This document shows, piece by piece, positions 11,273 through 21,047 of a DNA stretch of 64,000 bases (position 1 is its first letter; the number at the start of each line of letters is the position of its first letter). This DNA is from an uncultured Gemmatimonadales bacterium (GTDB lineage Bacteria; Gemmatimonadota; Gemmatimonadetes; Longimicrobiales; RSA9). The stretch covers positions 64,001 through 128,000 of the forward strand of contig CAVUKA010000008.1 of assembly GCA_963741945.1 (NCBI GenBank), in the 5' to 3' direction. The notes beneath the pieces are model-generated. The model searched no databases. It had not been told where the DNA came from and saw only the letters and a list, made by a program, of their open reading frames with translations. The position numbers and the translations under genes are program-made.

Positions 11273-12546
11273 ACAAGCGGACCGTCGAGTATCAGCTGAG
11301 TCGGAGCCCGATGGGAGGCGTGGAAGGTCGCGCCCCCGCGTCGCCGGTGCTGCCGGAAGGCATCGAGCCGGACCTCCACGGTGAGCACATGCTCATCAAC
11401 ATCGGCCCGCAGCACCCTGCCACACACGGCGTGCTCCGACTCGTGCTCGAGCTGGACGGGGAGACCGTGGTACGGTGCACCCCGCATATCGGCTACCTCC
11501 ATTCGAGCTTCGAAAAGCTCGGCGAGTTCCGGACCTGGAACCAGATCGTCCCGCTCACCGACCGTATGGACTACCTCACGCCACTCGTCTACAACGTGGC
11601 GTATGTGGCTGCGGTAGAAAAACTTATGGGCATCGAGATCACACCGCGCTGCAAGGTCGTGCGCGTGATGCTCATGGAGCTCGATCGGATCTTCAGCCAC
11701 CTGCTCTGGATCGGAACCACCGCCATCGACATCGGCGCGTTCACGGTCTTCCTCTACACGTTCCAGCGGCGCGAGGAGATCTACAACCTCCACGAAGCTC
11801 TCACGGGTGCCAGGATCACCACGTCGTCCACGCGGGTTGGCGGGATGATGGCTGACCTGCCTCCGGGCTTCACCGATGAGCTCCGCTGGTTCGTGGACGA
11901 GCAGATGCCGCGCACACTGGATGAGGTCGAGGTGCTGCTCACCTCGAACAACCTGTGGGTGGGGCGGAACCAGGGCGTCGGGACCATCAGCGCGGAAGCG
12001 GCGATCAACGCGGGTCTCACAGGGCCCAACCTGCGCTCCACCGGTGTGGACTACGACATTCGCAGGGACCGGCCGTACTACGACTACGACAGCTACGACT
12101 TCAATGTGGTCGTGGGCGAGAAGGGGGACAACTACGACCGGTATCTCTGCCGCATGGAGGAGATGCGCCAGAGCCTGCGCATCGTCCGCCAGACGCTCGA
12201 CCGTCTGCCCGACGGACCGATCAACGTGGATGACCCGCGCGTGATCCTGCCTTCCAAGACGGACCTCATGAACGACATGGAGTCCATGATCCACCATTTC
12301 AAGCTGGTCATGGAGGGCGTGAAGGCGCCTCCGGGAGAAAGCTGGTTCAGTGTCGAGAGCTCCAAAGGGGAGCTCGGGATGTATGTCGTGAGCGACGGTG
12401 GGTCCAAGCCCGTTCGCTGGCATGTCCGCGGTCCCAGTTTCGTCAACATGAGCGTGCTGCCGCAGATGGTGGAGGGCAGCCTCCTTTCCGACGTGATCGC
12501 GACCAACGCGAGCCTGGACATCGTGCTGGGGGAGATTGACCGGTGA
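11269..12546 (+). CDS. nuoD: NADH-quinone oxidoreductase subunit D
   Basis: NIGPQHPATHGVLRL, GYLH, DRMDY, ESSKGELG, C-terminal LDIVLGEIDR. Confidence 0.97.
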   Translation: MNKRTVEYQLSRSPMGGVEGRAPASPVLPEGIEPDLHGEHMLINIGPQHPATHGVLRLVLELDGETVVRCTPHIGYLHSSFEKLGEFRTWNQIVPLTDRMDYLTPLVYNVAYVAAVEKLMGIEITPRCKVVRVMLMELDRIFSHLLWIGTTAIDIGAFTVFLYTFQRREEIYNLHEALTGARITTSSTRVGGMMADLPPGFTDELRWFVDEQMPRTLDEVEVLLTSNNLWVGRNQGVGTISAEAAINAGLTGPNLRSTGVDYDIRRDRPYYDYDSYDFNVVVGEKGDNYDRYLCRMEEMRQSLRIVRQTLDRLPDGPINVDDPRVILPSKTDLMNDMESMIHHFKLVMEGVKAPPGESWFSVESSKGELGMYVVSDGGSKPVRWHVRGPSFVNMSVLPQMVEGSLLSDVIATNASLDIVLGEIDR

Positions 12547-13274
12547 AGAATCCTGGGTGGGCCGGTGAGACCGGCGAATTCGAGCTCACCGAAGCGGAGG
12601 TCCGCGGCACCGACTACGTCGGGACCCAGCCGCCCGAGGGGTGGGATCACGGCGGCGTGAATGCAGTTCCGTATCAGCGGGCGGACCGCGACCCGGAGGC
12701 GCCGCTTTTCGAGGGGCCGTACAAGGCGAGGCTGGAGAAGATCCTCGCGCGATATCCCAATCCGCGCGCCGCACTCCTCCCCGTCCTCAACCTGGCGCAG
12801 GAGATCCGGGGGCACCTCTCGCAGGAAGCCATGGAACGCGTGGCCGAGGTGGTGGGCGAGTCGCCCGCGACGGTCCGGGGGGTGGCCACGTTCTACACCA
12901 TGTACAACAAGCGCGCTGTCGGTCGACACCTTATTCAGGTGTGCACCAACGTGGCGTGCAACCTGTGCGGCGGCCACGACGTTTTCGAATCCTTCCTCGA
13001 GCACACGGGCACCGAGCCGGGCGAGGTGAGTGAGGACGGCGAGTTCACGGTGATCGCGGCCGAATGCCTCGGGGCCTGCGGCTTCCCCACGGTGGTCCAG
13101 ATCAACAATCGCTATTTCGAGAACGTCGAGGCTGCGGATGTCCCGGCCCTGCTGGACCGGCTGAGGAAGCACGGCGTCGACCCGGTCGATGGCGCCGATG
13201 CCACTTCGGGGGCGGGTTCGGCTCCGGATCCGGAATCGAGTCGGGGCTCGAACGGCGCGCAGGAGGTGGACTAG
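12543..13274 (+). CDS. nuoE: NADH-quinone oxidoreductase subunit E
   Basis: VATFYTMY, VCTNVACNLCG, ECLGACG [2Fe-2S] ligands. Confidence 0.95.
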   Translation: MKNPGWAGETGEFELTEAEVRGTDYVGTQPPEGWDHGGVNAVPYQRADRDPEAPLFEGPYKARLEKILARYPNPRAALLPVLNLAQEIRGHLSQEAMERVAEVVGESPATVRGVATFYTMYNKRAVGRHLIQVCTNVACNLCGGHDVFESFLEHTGTEPGEVSEDGEFTVIAAECLGACGFPTVVQINNRYFENVEAADVPALLDRLRKHGVDPVDGADATSGAGSAPDPESSRGSNGAQEVD

Positions 13275-13275
13275 C

Positions 13276-14595
13276 ATGGCCTACCCGTACACGCACGAGA
13301 AGGAAGTCCGCGTCCTCTCCCGGGGCTTCGGCGACCCGGCTACGCGGACCGTAGACGGCTGGAAGAAGCTGGGCGGTTATACGGCGCTGGAGCAGGTTCT
13401 GGGAATGACGCCGGAAGAGGTCGTGGACGTCGTCAAGGAGAGTGGGCTCCGGGGACGTGGTGGCGCCGGCTTCCCGACGGGCGTGAAGTGGAGCTTCATG
13501 CCCAAGGAAAAGAAGGGGCCGCACTACATGCTCATCAACGCGGATGAGTCCGAGCCGGGCGCTTTCAAAGACCGCGAGCTCATGCGCTGGACGCCGCACC
13601 AGGTCATCGAAGGGGCACTGATCGCGGCCCACGCCATCCGGGCCCAGGACGTCTACATCTACATCCGTGGCGAGTTCTTCGAAACGGCCCAGATCCTGGG
13701 CCGCGCCATCGAGGAAGCCTACGCGCGGAACCTGGCCGGGAAGAACATTCTCGGTACGGGCCAGGACATCGACGTCACCATCCACCTGGGCGCTGGCGCG
13801 TACATCTGCGGCGAAGAAACGGCGCTGATGAACTCGCTCGAAGGGCGGCGGGGGCAACCGCGCATAAAGCCGCCGTTCCCGGCCGCGAGTGGTGCGTTCG
13901 CCGCCCCCACGACCATCAATAACGTGGAAACCGTCGCTGCCGTGCCGCACATCATCAGCAACGGCGGCGCCTGGTATCGGCAGTGGGGGACGGAGAAGAG
14001 CCCGGGGACCAAGCTGTTCAACGTATCCGGCCACGTGGTGCGGCGAGGCAACTACGAGCTCCCCCTCGGCTTTCCCATGGACGAGCTGATCTACGATGTC
14101 TGCGGCGGGATCCGCGACGGCCGAACGCTGAAGGCGGTGATCCCGGGCGGCAGCTCGGTCCCGATCCTCACGGCCGAGGAGATCGAAGGCCTGGCTTCGG
14201 ACTACGAGAGCGTGGCCAGGGCGGGGAGCATGCTGGGCACGGCGTCCGTCATCGTCATGGATGACCAGACGAACATGGTCACCCAGGTGCGGCGGATGGT
14301 GGAGTTCTATGCCCACGAGAGCTGCGGCCAGTGCACGCCGTGCCGGGAGGGGACGGCGTGGATGGCGAAGATTCTGCGCCGCATCGAGGCGGGCCAGGGC
14401 ACCCGGGCGGACGTGGAGACGCTGCTGAGTGTCGCGAAGAATGCCACCGGCACCACGATCTGCGTGCTGAGCGACTCTGCGGGCGCGCCGATCACGAGCT
14501 GGATCAACAAGTTCCCGGAGGACGTCGAGCGCCTGGTAGGCGAGGGGCGTCGCGCGGGAGTGGGCGTCGGGGCGGCGGCCCCGGCGTCGGTCTGA
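13276..14595 (+). CDS. nuoF: NADH-quinone oxidoreductase subunit F
   Basis: LRGRGGAGFPTG, NADESEPG, GAGAYICGEETAL, ESCGQCTPCREG. Confidence 0.97.
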   Translation: MAYPYTHEKEVRVLSRGFGDPATRTVDGWKKLGGYTALEQVLGMTPEEVVDVVKESGLRGRGGAGFPTGVKWSFMPKEKKGPHYMLINADESEPGAFKDRELMRWTPHQVIEGALIAAHAIRAQDVYIYIRGEFFETAQILGRAIEEAYARNLAGKNILGTGQDIDVTIHLGAGAYICGEETALMNSLEGRRGQPRIKPPFPAASGAFAAPTTINNVETVAAVPHIISNGGAWYRQWGTEKSPGTKLFNVSGHVVRRGNYELPLGFPMDELIYDVCGGIRDGRTLKAVIPGGSSVPILTAEEIEGLASDYESVARAGSMLGTASVIVMDDQTNMVTQVRRMVEFYAHESCGQCTPCREGTAWMAKILRRIEAGQGTRADVETLLSVAKNATGTTICVLSDSAGAPITSWINKFPEDVERLVGEGRRAGVGVGAAAPASV

Positions 14596-14614
14596 ACGGG
14601 GCGGGGAAGAGCGA

Positions 14615-16318
14615 ATGGCGAACGGAGAGCAGAAGAACACCGTCACCTGCACCATCGACGGGCGCGAGGTCACGGTCCCGAAGGGGACCCGGATCATCGA
14701 GGCCGCCGAGCAGATGGGGATCGGCATCGTCCACTACTGCTACCACCCGTCACTCTCGGCGCCGGCCATGTGCCGCATGTGCCTCGTGGAAGTGGAAGGC
14801 GCGCCCAAGCTGCAGCCCGCGTGCGTGACGCAGATCCAGGACGGATCGGTGATCCGTACGGACACGAGCAACGCCGAAGACGCGCGCACGGGTGTGCTCG
14901 AGTTCTACCTCGTGAACCACCCGCTGGATTGCCCGATCTGTGACGCGTCCGGCGAGTGCAAGCTCCAGGACTACGTCCACCAGGAGGGACCCAAGCACGG
15001 CCGCTCCCATGAGCCGAAGCGGGTGCTCGGCCAGGATGACTTCGGTGGCGACGTCGTCTACGACGGAGACCGCTGCATCATGTGCACCCGCTGCGTCCGC
15101 TTCATGCGGGAAGTGGCCGATGACGAGCGCCTGTGCGTGGTCCAGCGCGGCGACCGCAGCGTGATCGACACGTTCTTCGACGATGGGCTCACCGGCTCGC
15201 CCTTCGCCAGCAACATCATCGATATCTGCCCCGTGGGCGCGCTGCTGTCGAAGGATTTCCTGCACAAGGCGCGGGCGTGGGACCTCGACCGCACTCCATC
15301 GATCTGCCCCAATTGCTCACAGGGCTGCAACATCACGCTGGACACCCGCGACAACCTGGTCCAGCGCCTGAAGCCCCGGCACAACCCGGACGTCAACTCC
15401 TACTGGATGTGCGACTTCGGGCGCTACGAGTACGAGTGGATCAATCAGGGCGCCAACATCCTGCCGTACCCGGCGCCCCGCGCGGCGACGCCGCCGGAGG
15501 GGCCCCAGGCGCCGGCCACACTGGGCGATGACGGCCCCGGAGCGCCGTCGCGGCTGGACGAGCCACGCATCCGTGACGCCGGCGGGCTGCGCGGGGCCAC
15601 CTGGAAGGAGGCCGTGACGGCGCTCCTCCAGCGGCTCAGGGCGACGGAGGGCGGCATGACGATCGTGGGCTCCCCGTACTTCTCGAACGAGTCGAATGGC
15701 CTCTTGCGCCGCGTCCAGGAGGTCCTGGGCGGCGACATGGCGGTGTACCGGTCGCGCCGGACAGACCGGGAGGAGCCGCTCCCCGGCTATCCGAAGCTGA
15801 CCCGCAGGCGCGACCTCTCGGCCAACGCCCGCGGGCTCGAGCTGCTCGGCTTCGAGCGCGTCGGGGACGACGCCGGGAATGGCGGGCTGGAGCGGCCCTC
15901 GGGCGCGCTCTTCGTGCTCGGTGACTCGCTCGCCGACCTGCCTGCCGATTTCGCGGCCAACGCGTCTCTGCTGGTCTACCTGGGCACCGTCAGCGCACCG
16001 GCCATGAGCGAAGCGGACTTCGTTCTCCCGGTGACCAGCTTCGCCGAGGAGGAAGGGACGTTCACGAACTTCGAAGGGCGCGTCCAGCGGTTCTGGCCCG
16101 CACTCAACCCGCCGCCCATGGCCCGCCCGGCGTGGCAGGTTCTGGGCGTGCTCCTGGCGGGGCTGAACGATGGTGCCGCCCCGGGCACGGCGGGCGATGC
16201 CTTCCTCAGGCTGGCGGAGCTCTATGATCCGTTCAGCGGGCTGAGCTATCCGCAGCTCGGCACCCGCGGCGCGCTGCTCAACGAGCCGGTCCGGCTGGCT
16301 GCCGGGGAGGAAGGGTGA
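14615..16318 (+). CDS. nuoG: NADH-quinone oxidoreductase subunit G (short form)
   Basis: YCYHPSL, CRMCLVE, NHPLDCPICDASGECKLQD, CIMCTRCVRF, DICPVGAL, CPNCSQGC, GTFTNFEGRVQ. Confidence 0.95.
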   Translation: MANGEQKNTVTCTIDGREVTVPKGTRIIEAAEQMGIGIVHYCYHPSLSAPAMCRMCLVEVEGAPKLQPACVTQIQDGSVIRTDTSNAEDARTGVLEFYLVNHPLDCPICDASGECKLQDYVHQEGPKHGRSHEPKRVLGQDDFGGDVVYDGDRCIMCTRCVRFMREVADDERLCVVQRGDRSVIDTFFDDGLTGSPFASNIIDICPVGALLSKDFLHKARAWDLDRTPSICPNCSQGCNITLDTRDNLVQRLKPRHNPDVNSYWMCDFGRYEYEWINQGANILPYPAPRAATPPEGPQAPATLGDDGPGAPSRLDEPRIRDAGGLRGATWKEAVTALLQRLRATEGGMTIVGSPYFSNESNGLLRRVQEVLGGDMAVYRSRRTDREEPLPGYPKLTRRRDLSANARGLELLGFERVGDDAGNGGLERPSGALFVLGDSLADLPADFAANASLLVYLGTVSAPAMSEADFVLPVTSFAEEEGTFTNFEGRVQRFWPALNPPPMARPAWQVLGVLLAGLNDGAAPGTAGDAFLRLAELYDPFSGLSYPQLGTRGALLNEPVRLAAGEEG

Positions 16319-17613
16319 TGGAGACGCTGCACCAGGTGCAGGCGCTGAGCGACGCCGCGTTCGTCTGGGCGAGCCTGGCGAAAGTGGTCGTGGCCTTCGT
16401 GGTCGTGCTGCTCACCGTGGCCATGATGACGCTCTTCGAGCGCCGATTCGCCGGGTTCATCCAGGACCGCCTGGGCCCGAACCGGGTGGGCCCATGGGGT
16501 CTTCTGCAGCCGATCGCCGATGGGCTCAAGAATTTCGTGAAGGAGGAGACGCTCCCGGGCGAGGCCTCGCGCTTCTTCTTCGTCCTGGCTCCGATCCTTT
16601 CGCTCGCGCCCGCGTTCGTCCTTTTCGCCGTGATCCCATGGGCCTCGCCGCTCCCCACGCCCTGGGGCGTGGTGGACATGGTGGTGGCTGACGCACCCAT
16701 CGGGATCCTCTTCATCCTCGCGCTGTCCAGTCTCGGCGTGTACGGCCTCTTCCTGGCCGGCTGGTCGTCGAACAACAAGTACAGCTTGCTGGGCGGCGTC
16801 CGCGCCTCGGCGCAGATGGTCAGCTACGAGGTGAGCCTGGGGATGAGCCTGATCCCGGTGTTCATGCTTGCGGGCAACGTGCGGATCACGGAAATGGTGT
16901 GGACGCAGCAGGAAGGGCTGGGCCTCTGGTTCGCGCTCCCCCTCGGGCTCTCGTTCTTCCTGTTCGTGATCAGCTCGTTCGCGGAGACGAACCGGCTGCC
17001 GTTCGACCTGCCGGAGGCCGAGTCGGAGCTCGTGGCCGGCTATCACGCCGAATACTCGTCCATGAAGTTCAGCATGTTCATGATGGGCGAGTACGCGCAC
17101 CTGCTCACGCAGTCGGCGCTCATGGCCACGCTCTTCTTCGGCGGCTGGGACATCCCCTTCTGGCACGGCGACAACATGCGCATGGTCGCCAACGGGATCG
17201 TCCAGGGGGCCGACCCGGCGTGGTGGAAGACGCTGCTGACGTTCCTGTCCTTCGGGATCAAGACACTGTTCTTCGCGTTCGTCTTCATCTGGGTGCGCTG
17301 GACCGTGCCGCGGTTCCGCTACGACCAGGTGATGGACCTGGGCTGGAAGGCCATGCTGCCCACGGCGCTCGGCTTCATTGCCGTCATGGCCAGCACGATC
17401 CTGGTTCTGGACAGCATCGGCGTGCCGTTCGGCATCGGCTACGGGCTCATTCTGACGGCGGTCGACCTGGTGGCACTGTTCGTCTTCCTCTGGGTGATCG
17501 ACAGCAATCGGGTGATCACGGGGGGATCGCGACGAACGCCATCGACCCCGCCGGACGGGGAAGCTGCGGTCGAAGAGCAGCACCCGACCGTCACGGCGGG
17601 CACCGGCGCGTAG
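16318..17613 (+). CDS. nuoH: NADH-quinone oxidoreductase subunit H
   Basis: ERR...QDRLGPNRVG, GLLQPIADGLK, AQMVSYE, AETNRLPFDLPEAESELVAGYHAEYS, PRFRYDQ. Confidence 0.97.
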   Translation: METLHQVQALSDAAFVWASLAKVVVAFVVVLLTVAMMTLFERRFAGFIQDRLGPNRVGPWGLLQPIADGLKNFVKEETLPGEASRFFFVLAPILSLAPAFVLFAVIPWASPLPTPWGVVDMVVADAPIGILFILALSSLGVYGLFLAGWSSNNKYSLLGGVRASAQMVSYEVSLGMSLIPVFMLAGNVRITEMVWTQQEGLGLWFALPLGLSFFLFVISSFAETNRLPFDLPEAESELVAGYHAEYSSMKFSMFMMGEYAHLLTQSALMATLFFGGWDIPFWHGDNMRMVANGIVQGADPAWWKTLLTFLSFGIKTLFFAFVFIWVRWTVPRFRYDQVMDLGWKAMLPTALGFIAVMASTILVLDSIGVPFGIGYGLILTAVDLVALFVFLWVIDSNRVITGGSRRTPSTPPDGEAAVEEQHPTVTAGTGA

Positions 17614-17641
17614 CGTCAGCAGAGACAAGAGAGGAGCAGGG

Positions 17642-18138
17642 ATGGCGATAGGAGTGAAGAGGGTGCGGCGGCCGGAGGGCGGCTCCTCGTATCTGCGGGC
17701 GGCGCTGAAGGGGATGGCGCTCACGTTCCGGCACATGGTGAACCCGCACAAGGTCACCCAGGAGTATCCGGACGAGAAGCCGAATATCGCCCCGCGCTGG
17801 CGCGGGACGCATTGGATGGAAGTGCATGCGGACGGCCGCCCGAAGTGCGTGGCATGCGGACTGTGTCCGACGATCTGCCCGTCCAACTGCATCCGTCTTG
17901 TGCCGGGCGAGGACGACCAGGGGAATCGCTACCCCATCGTCTACGAGATCGACGAGTTCCGCTGCATCTTCTGCGGAATGTGTCAGGAAGTCTGCCCTGT
18001 GGAAGCGATCCACGTGGGGCAGGATTATGAAGCCTCCGAGTTCACGCGCGAGCGCTTCGTCTACGATCTGGATCGTTTGATGGCGCAGGACCACCCGGTC
18101 ACTGCGCTCTGGGATCCCAGTGATCCACTCTCGGAATA

Positions 18139-18139
<1 letters not shown>
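17642..18139 (+). CDS. nuoI: NADH-quinone oxidoreductase subunit I
   Basis: CVACGLCPTICP and CIFCGMCQEVCPVEAI, two [4Fe-4S] motifs. Confidence 0.96.
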
Positions 18140-18654
<515 letters not shown>

Positions 18655-18655
18655 C

Positions 18656-18949
18656 ATGGTGACCTTGTCGCTGGTGCTGGCAGCGATCCTGTTCGCCATC
18701 GGTGTGGCGGGTGTGATGATCCGCCGCAACGCCATCATCCTGTTCATGTGTGTGGAGCTCATGCTGAATGCCGCCAACCTGGCATTCGTGGCGCTCTCGA
18801 AGGAGGTGGGGATCGATGGACAGGTATTCGTGTTCTTCGTGATGACCGTGGCGGCGGCCGAGGCGGCCGTGGGGCTCGCGATCATCATCTCCATCTTCCG
18901 CCTCCTCGAGACGGTGGACAGCAAAGACTTCAACCTGCTCCGGTGGTGA
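18656..18949 (+). CDS. nuoK: NADH-quinone oxidoreductase subunit K
   Basis: [26 protein letters not shown]. Confidence 0.96.
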   Translation: MVTLSLVLAAILFAIGVAGVMIRRNAIILFMCVELMLNAANLAFVALSKEVGIDGQVFVFFVMTVAAAEAAVGLAIIISIFRLLETVDSKDFNLLRW

Positions 18950-19015
18950 TGACTACCACGAACCGCCAGGCGCGGGAAGCGGACCGGGCGCACGCCTTCG
19001 GGCGGGGGTGCTGAG

Positions 19016-21043
19016 ATGCACGGATTCGAACCGACGCTGTTGGGCTGGATCATCCTCCTCCCGCTCATCGGCTTTCTCGTAAACGCCGCGGCCGCCTTCC
19101 GGGCGCCTGCCGCGAAGACCATTCCCACCCTGGTGGGACCGGGGGTGGTGGGGCTCGCGTTCGTGATCGTGGCGATCAACTTCGTGCGCATGCTCGGTGT
19201 CGAGCTGCACGAGCCCGTGGTACAGACCTACTGGTCGTGGATGCCCGTGGGCGACCTCAGGATCGACGCCGCGCTCCAGCTCGACCAGTTGTCGATGATC
19301 ATGGCGCTGGTGGTCACGGGCGTGGGGTTCCTGATCCACGTCTTCAGCATCGGGTACATGCGCGAAGACCCGGGCTACGCCCGCTACTTCGCTTTCCTGA
19401 ACCTGTTCGTCTTCTTCATGCTCACCCTCGTGCTGGGGGCCAGCTACCCCGTCATGTTCGTCGGCTGGGAAGGCGTGGGACTCTGCAGCTACCTGCTGAT
19501 CGGGTTCTGGTTCTCCGATCGCGAGAAGGCGGACGCGGGGAAGAAGGCGTTCATCGTGAACCGGATTGGCGATTTCGGATTCCTGATCGCCATGTTCCTC
19601 CTGTTCGCGCACCTGGGCACCCTCAACTTCGTGGACGTATTCGCCGCCGCCCCGCAGGCGTTCACGTACGGCGGTGCCGTGATCACCACCATCACGCTCT
19701 TCTTCTTTCTCGGGGCCACGGGCAAGAGCGCGCAGATTCCGCTCTACATCTGGCTGCCGGACGCCATGGCCGGTCCCACGCCCGTCAGCGCCCTGATCCA
19801 CGCGGCGACGATGGTGACCGCCGGCGTCTACCTGGTGGCGCGGAGCAGCGTCCTTTTCGCGCTGGCTCCCGCGGCCAGCATCACCGTGGCCGTCGTGGGC
19901 GCGCTGACCGCGCTGTTCGCCGCCACGATCGGCCTGGTGCAGACGGACATCAAGAAGGTGCTGGCCTATTCCACCGTTTCGCAGCTCGGCTACATGTTCG
20001 TGGGCGTTGGGGTGGGAGCGTACGCCGCCGGGATCTTCCATTTGATGACGCACGCCTTCTTCAAGGCGCTGCTCTTCCTCGGTGCGGGCGCGGTGATCCA
20101 TTCCATGCACGAGGCTTTCCACCACACGCACCAGGACTGGGACGCCCAGGACATGCGCAACATGGGTGGCCTCCGGCATCACATGAAGAAGACGTGGATC
20201 TTCATGTGGGTGGCCACATTGGCCATTTCGGGCGTGTGGCCGTTCGCGGGCTTCTTCTCCAAGGATGAGATCATCTGGCAGGCTGCCGCGCGCGCCGTCG
20301 GTCCGTTCCGGGGGTGGTTCACGCTCGTGTGGGTCCTCGCCCTCGCCGCCGCGCTGCTCACGGCCTTCTACATGACCCGTCTGATGGTCCTGACGTTCCA
20401 CGGGGAGAACCGCAGCGGTGCGGCCGGGAAGCACATCCCCACCGCGCCCGCGGTCATGTGGATCCCGCTCGGGGTCCTGGCGCTGCTGGCCACGGTAGGT
20501 GGCTGGATCAACGTCCCTGAAGTGATCGGCCACACTCCGGTGCTCGGCTGGCTCCCGCACACGGAGTGGCTGCACGAGTGGCTCCACCCGCTCATGGCCG
20601 AGGCGGACCACGTTTTCAGCACGCACGTGGGCGCCCTGGCGGAAGCCGGACCGTTCGGCGGGAGCGAGGCGTTCTGGGCCATGGCCTCCTTCGCGCTGGC
20701 GGTGGCCGTGATCGTGGGGGCCACGATGTGGCTCGGCACGATCGAGCGGAAGCCCGCTTCGGAGACACCAGCCTACCGCGGCTTCGCGAAAGTGCTCTAC
20801 GACAAGTGGTACGTCGACGAGATCTACGACGCGCTCGTGGTTCAGCCCGTGATCCAGGGCTCCCGCGCGCTGTGGCGCTTCGTGGACGTGGGTATCATCG
20901 ACCGGACCGTCAACGGCGCGGGCGCCGTGGCCGCGTGGATCGGACGCGGCAGCTCGCGCCTGCAGACGGGCAACCTCAATGCGTACGCCTTCGCCATTGT
21001 GCTGGGCGTGCTCGTCATCCTCTACGTGGTGGTGGGGTTCTAG
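19016..21043 (+). CDS. nuoL: NADH-quinone oxidoreductase subunit L
   Basis: GWEGVGLCSYLLIGFW, NRIGD, GKSAQIPL, WLPDAMAGPTPVSALIHAATMV, HAFFKALLFL. Confidence 0.97.
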   Translation: MHGFEPTLLGWIILLPLIGFLVNAAAAFRAPAAKTIPTLVGPGVVGLAFVIVAINFVRMLGVELHEPVVQTYWSWMPVGDLRIDAALQLDQLSMIMALVVTGVGFLIHVFSIGYMREDPGYARYFAFLNLFVFFMLTLVLGASYPVMFVGWEGVGLCSYLLIGFWFSDREKADAGKKAFIVNRIGDFGFLIAMFLLFAHLGTLNFVDVFAAAPQAFTYGGAVITTITLFFFLGATGKSAQIPLYIWLPDAMAGPTPVSALIHAATMVTAGVYLVARSSVLFALAPAASITVAVVGALTALFAATIGLVQTDIKKVLAYSTVSQLGYMFVGVGVGAYAAGIFHLMTHAFFKALLFLGAGAVIHSMHEAFHHTHQDWDAQDMRNMGGLRHHMKKTWIFMWVATLAISGVWPFAGFFSKDEIIWQAAARAVGPFRGWFTLVWVLALAAALLTAFYMTRLMVLTFHGENRSGAAGKHIPTAPAVMWIPLGVLALLATVGGWINVPEVIGHTPVLGWLPHTEWLHEWLHPLMAEADHVFSTHVGALAEAGPFGGSEAFWAMASFALAVAVIVGATMWLGTIERKPASETPAYRGFAKVLYDKWYVDEIYDALVVQPVIQGSRALWRFVDVGIIDRTVNGAGAVAAWIGRGSSRLQTGNLNAYAFAIVLGVLVILYVVVGF

Positions 21044-21047
21044 AGAG

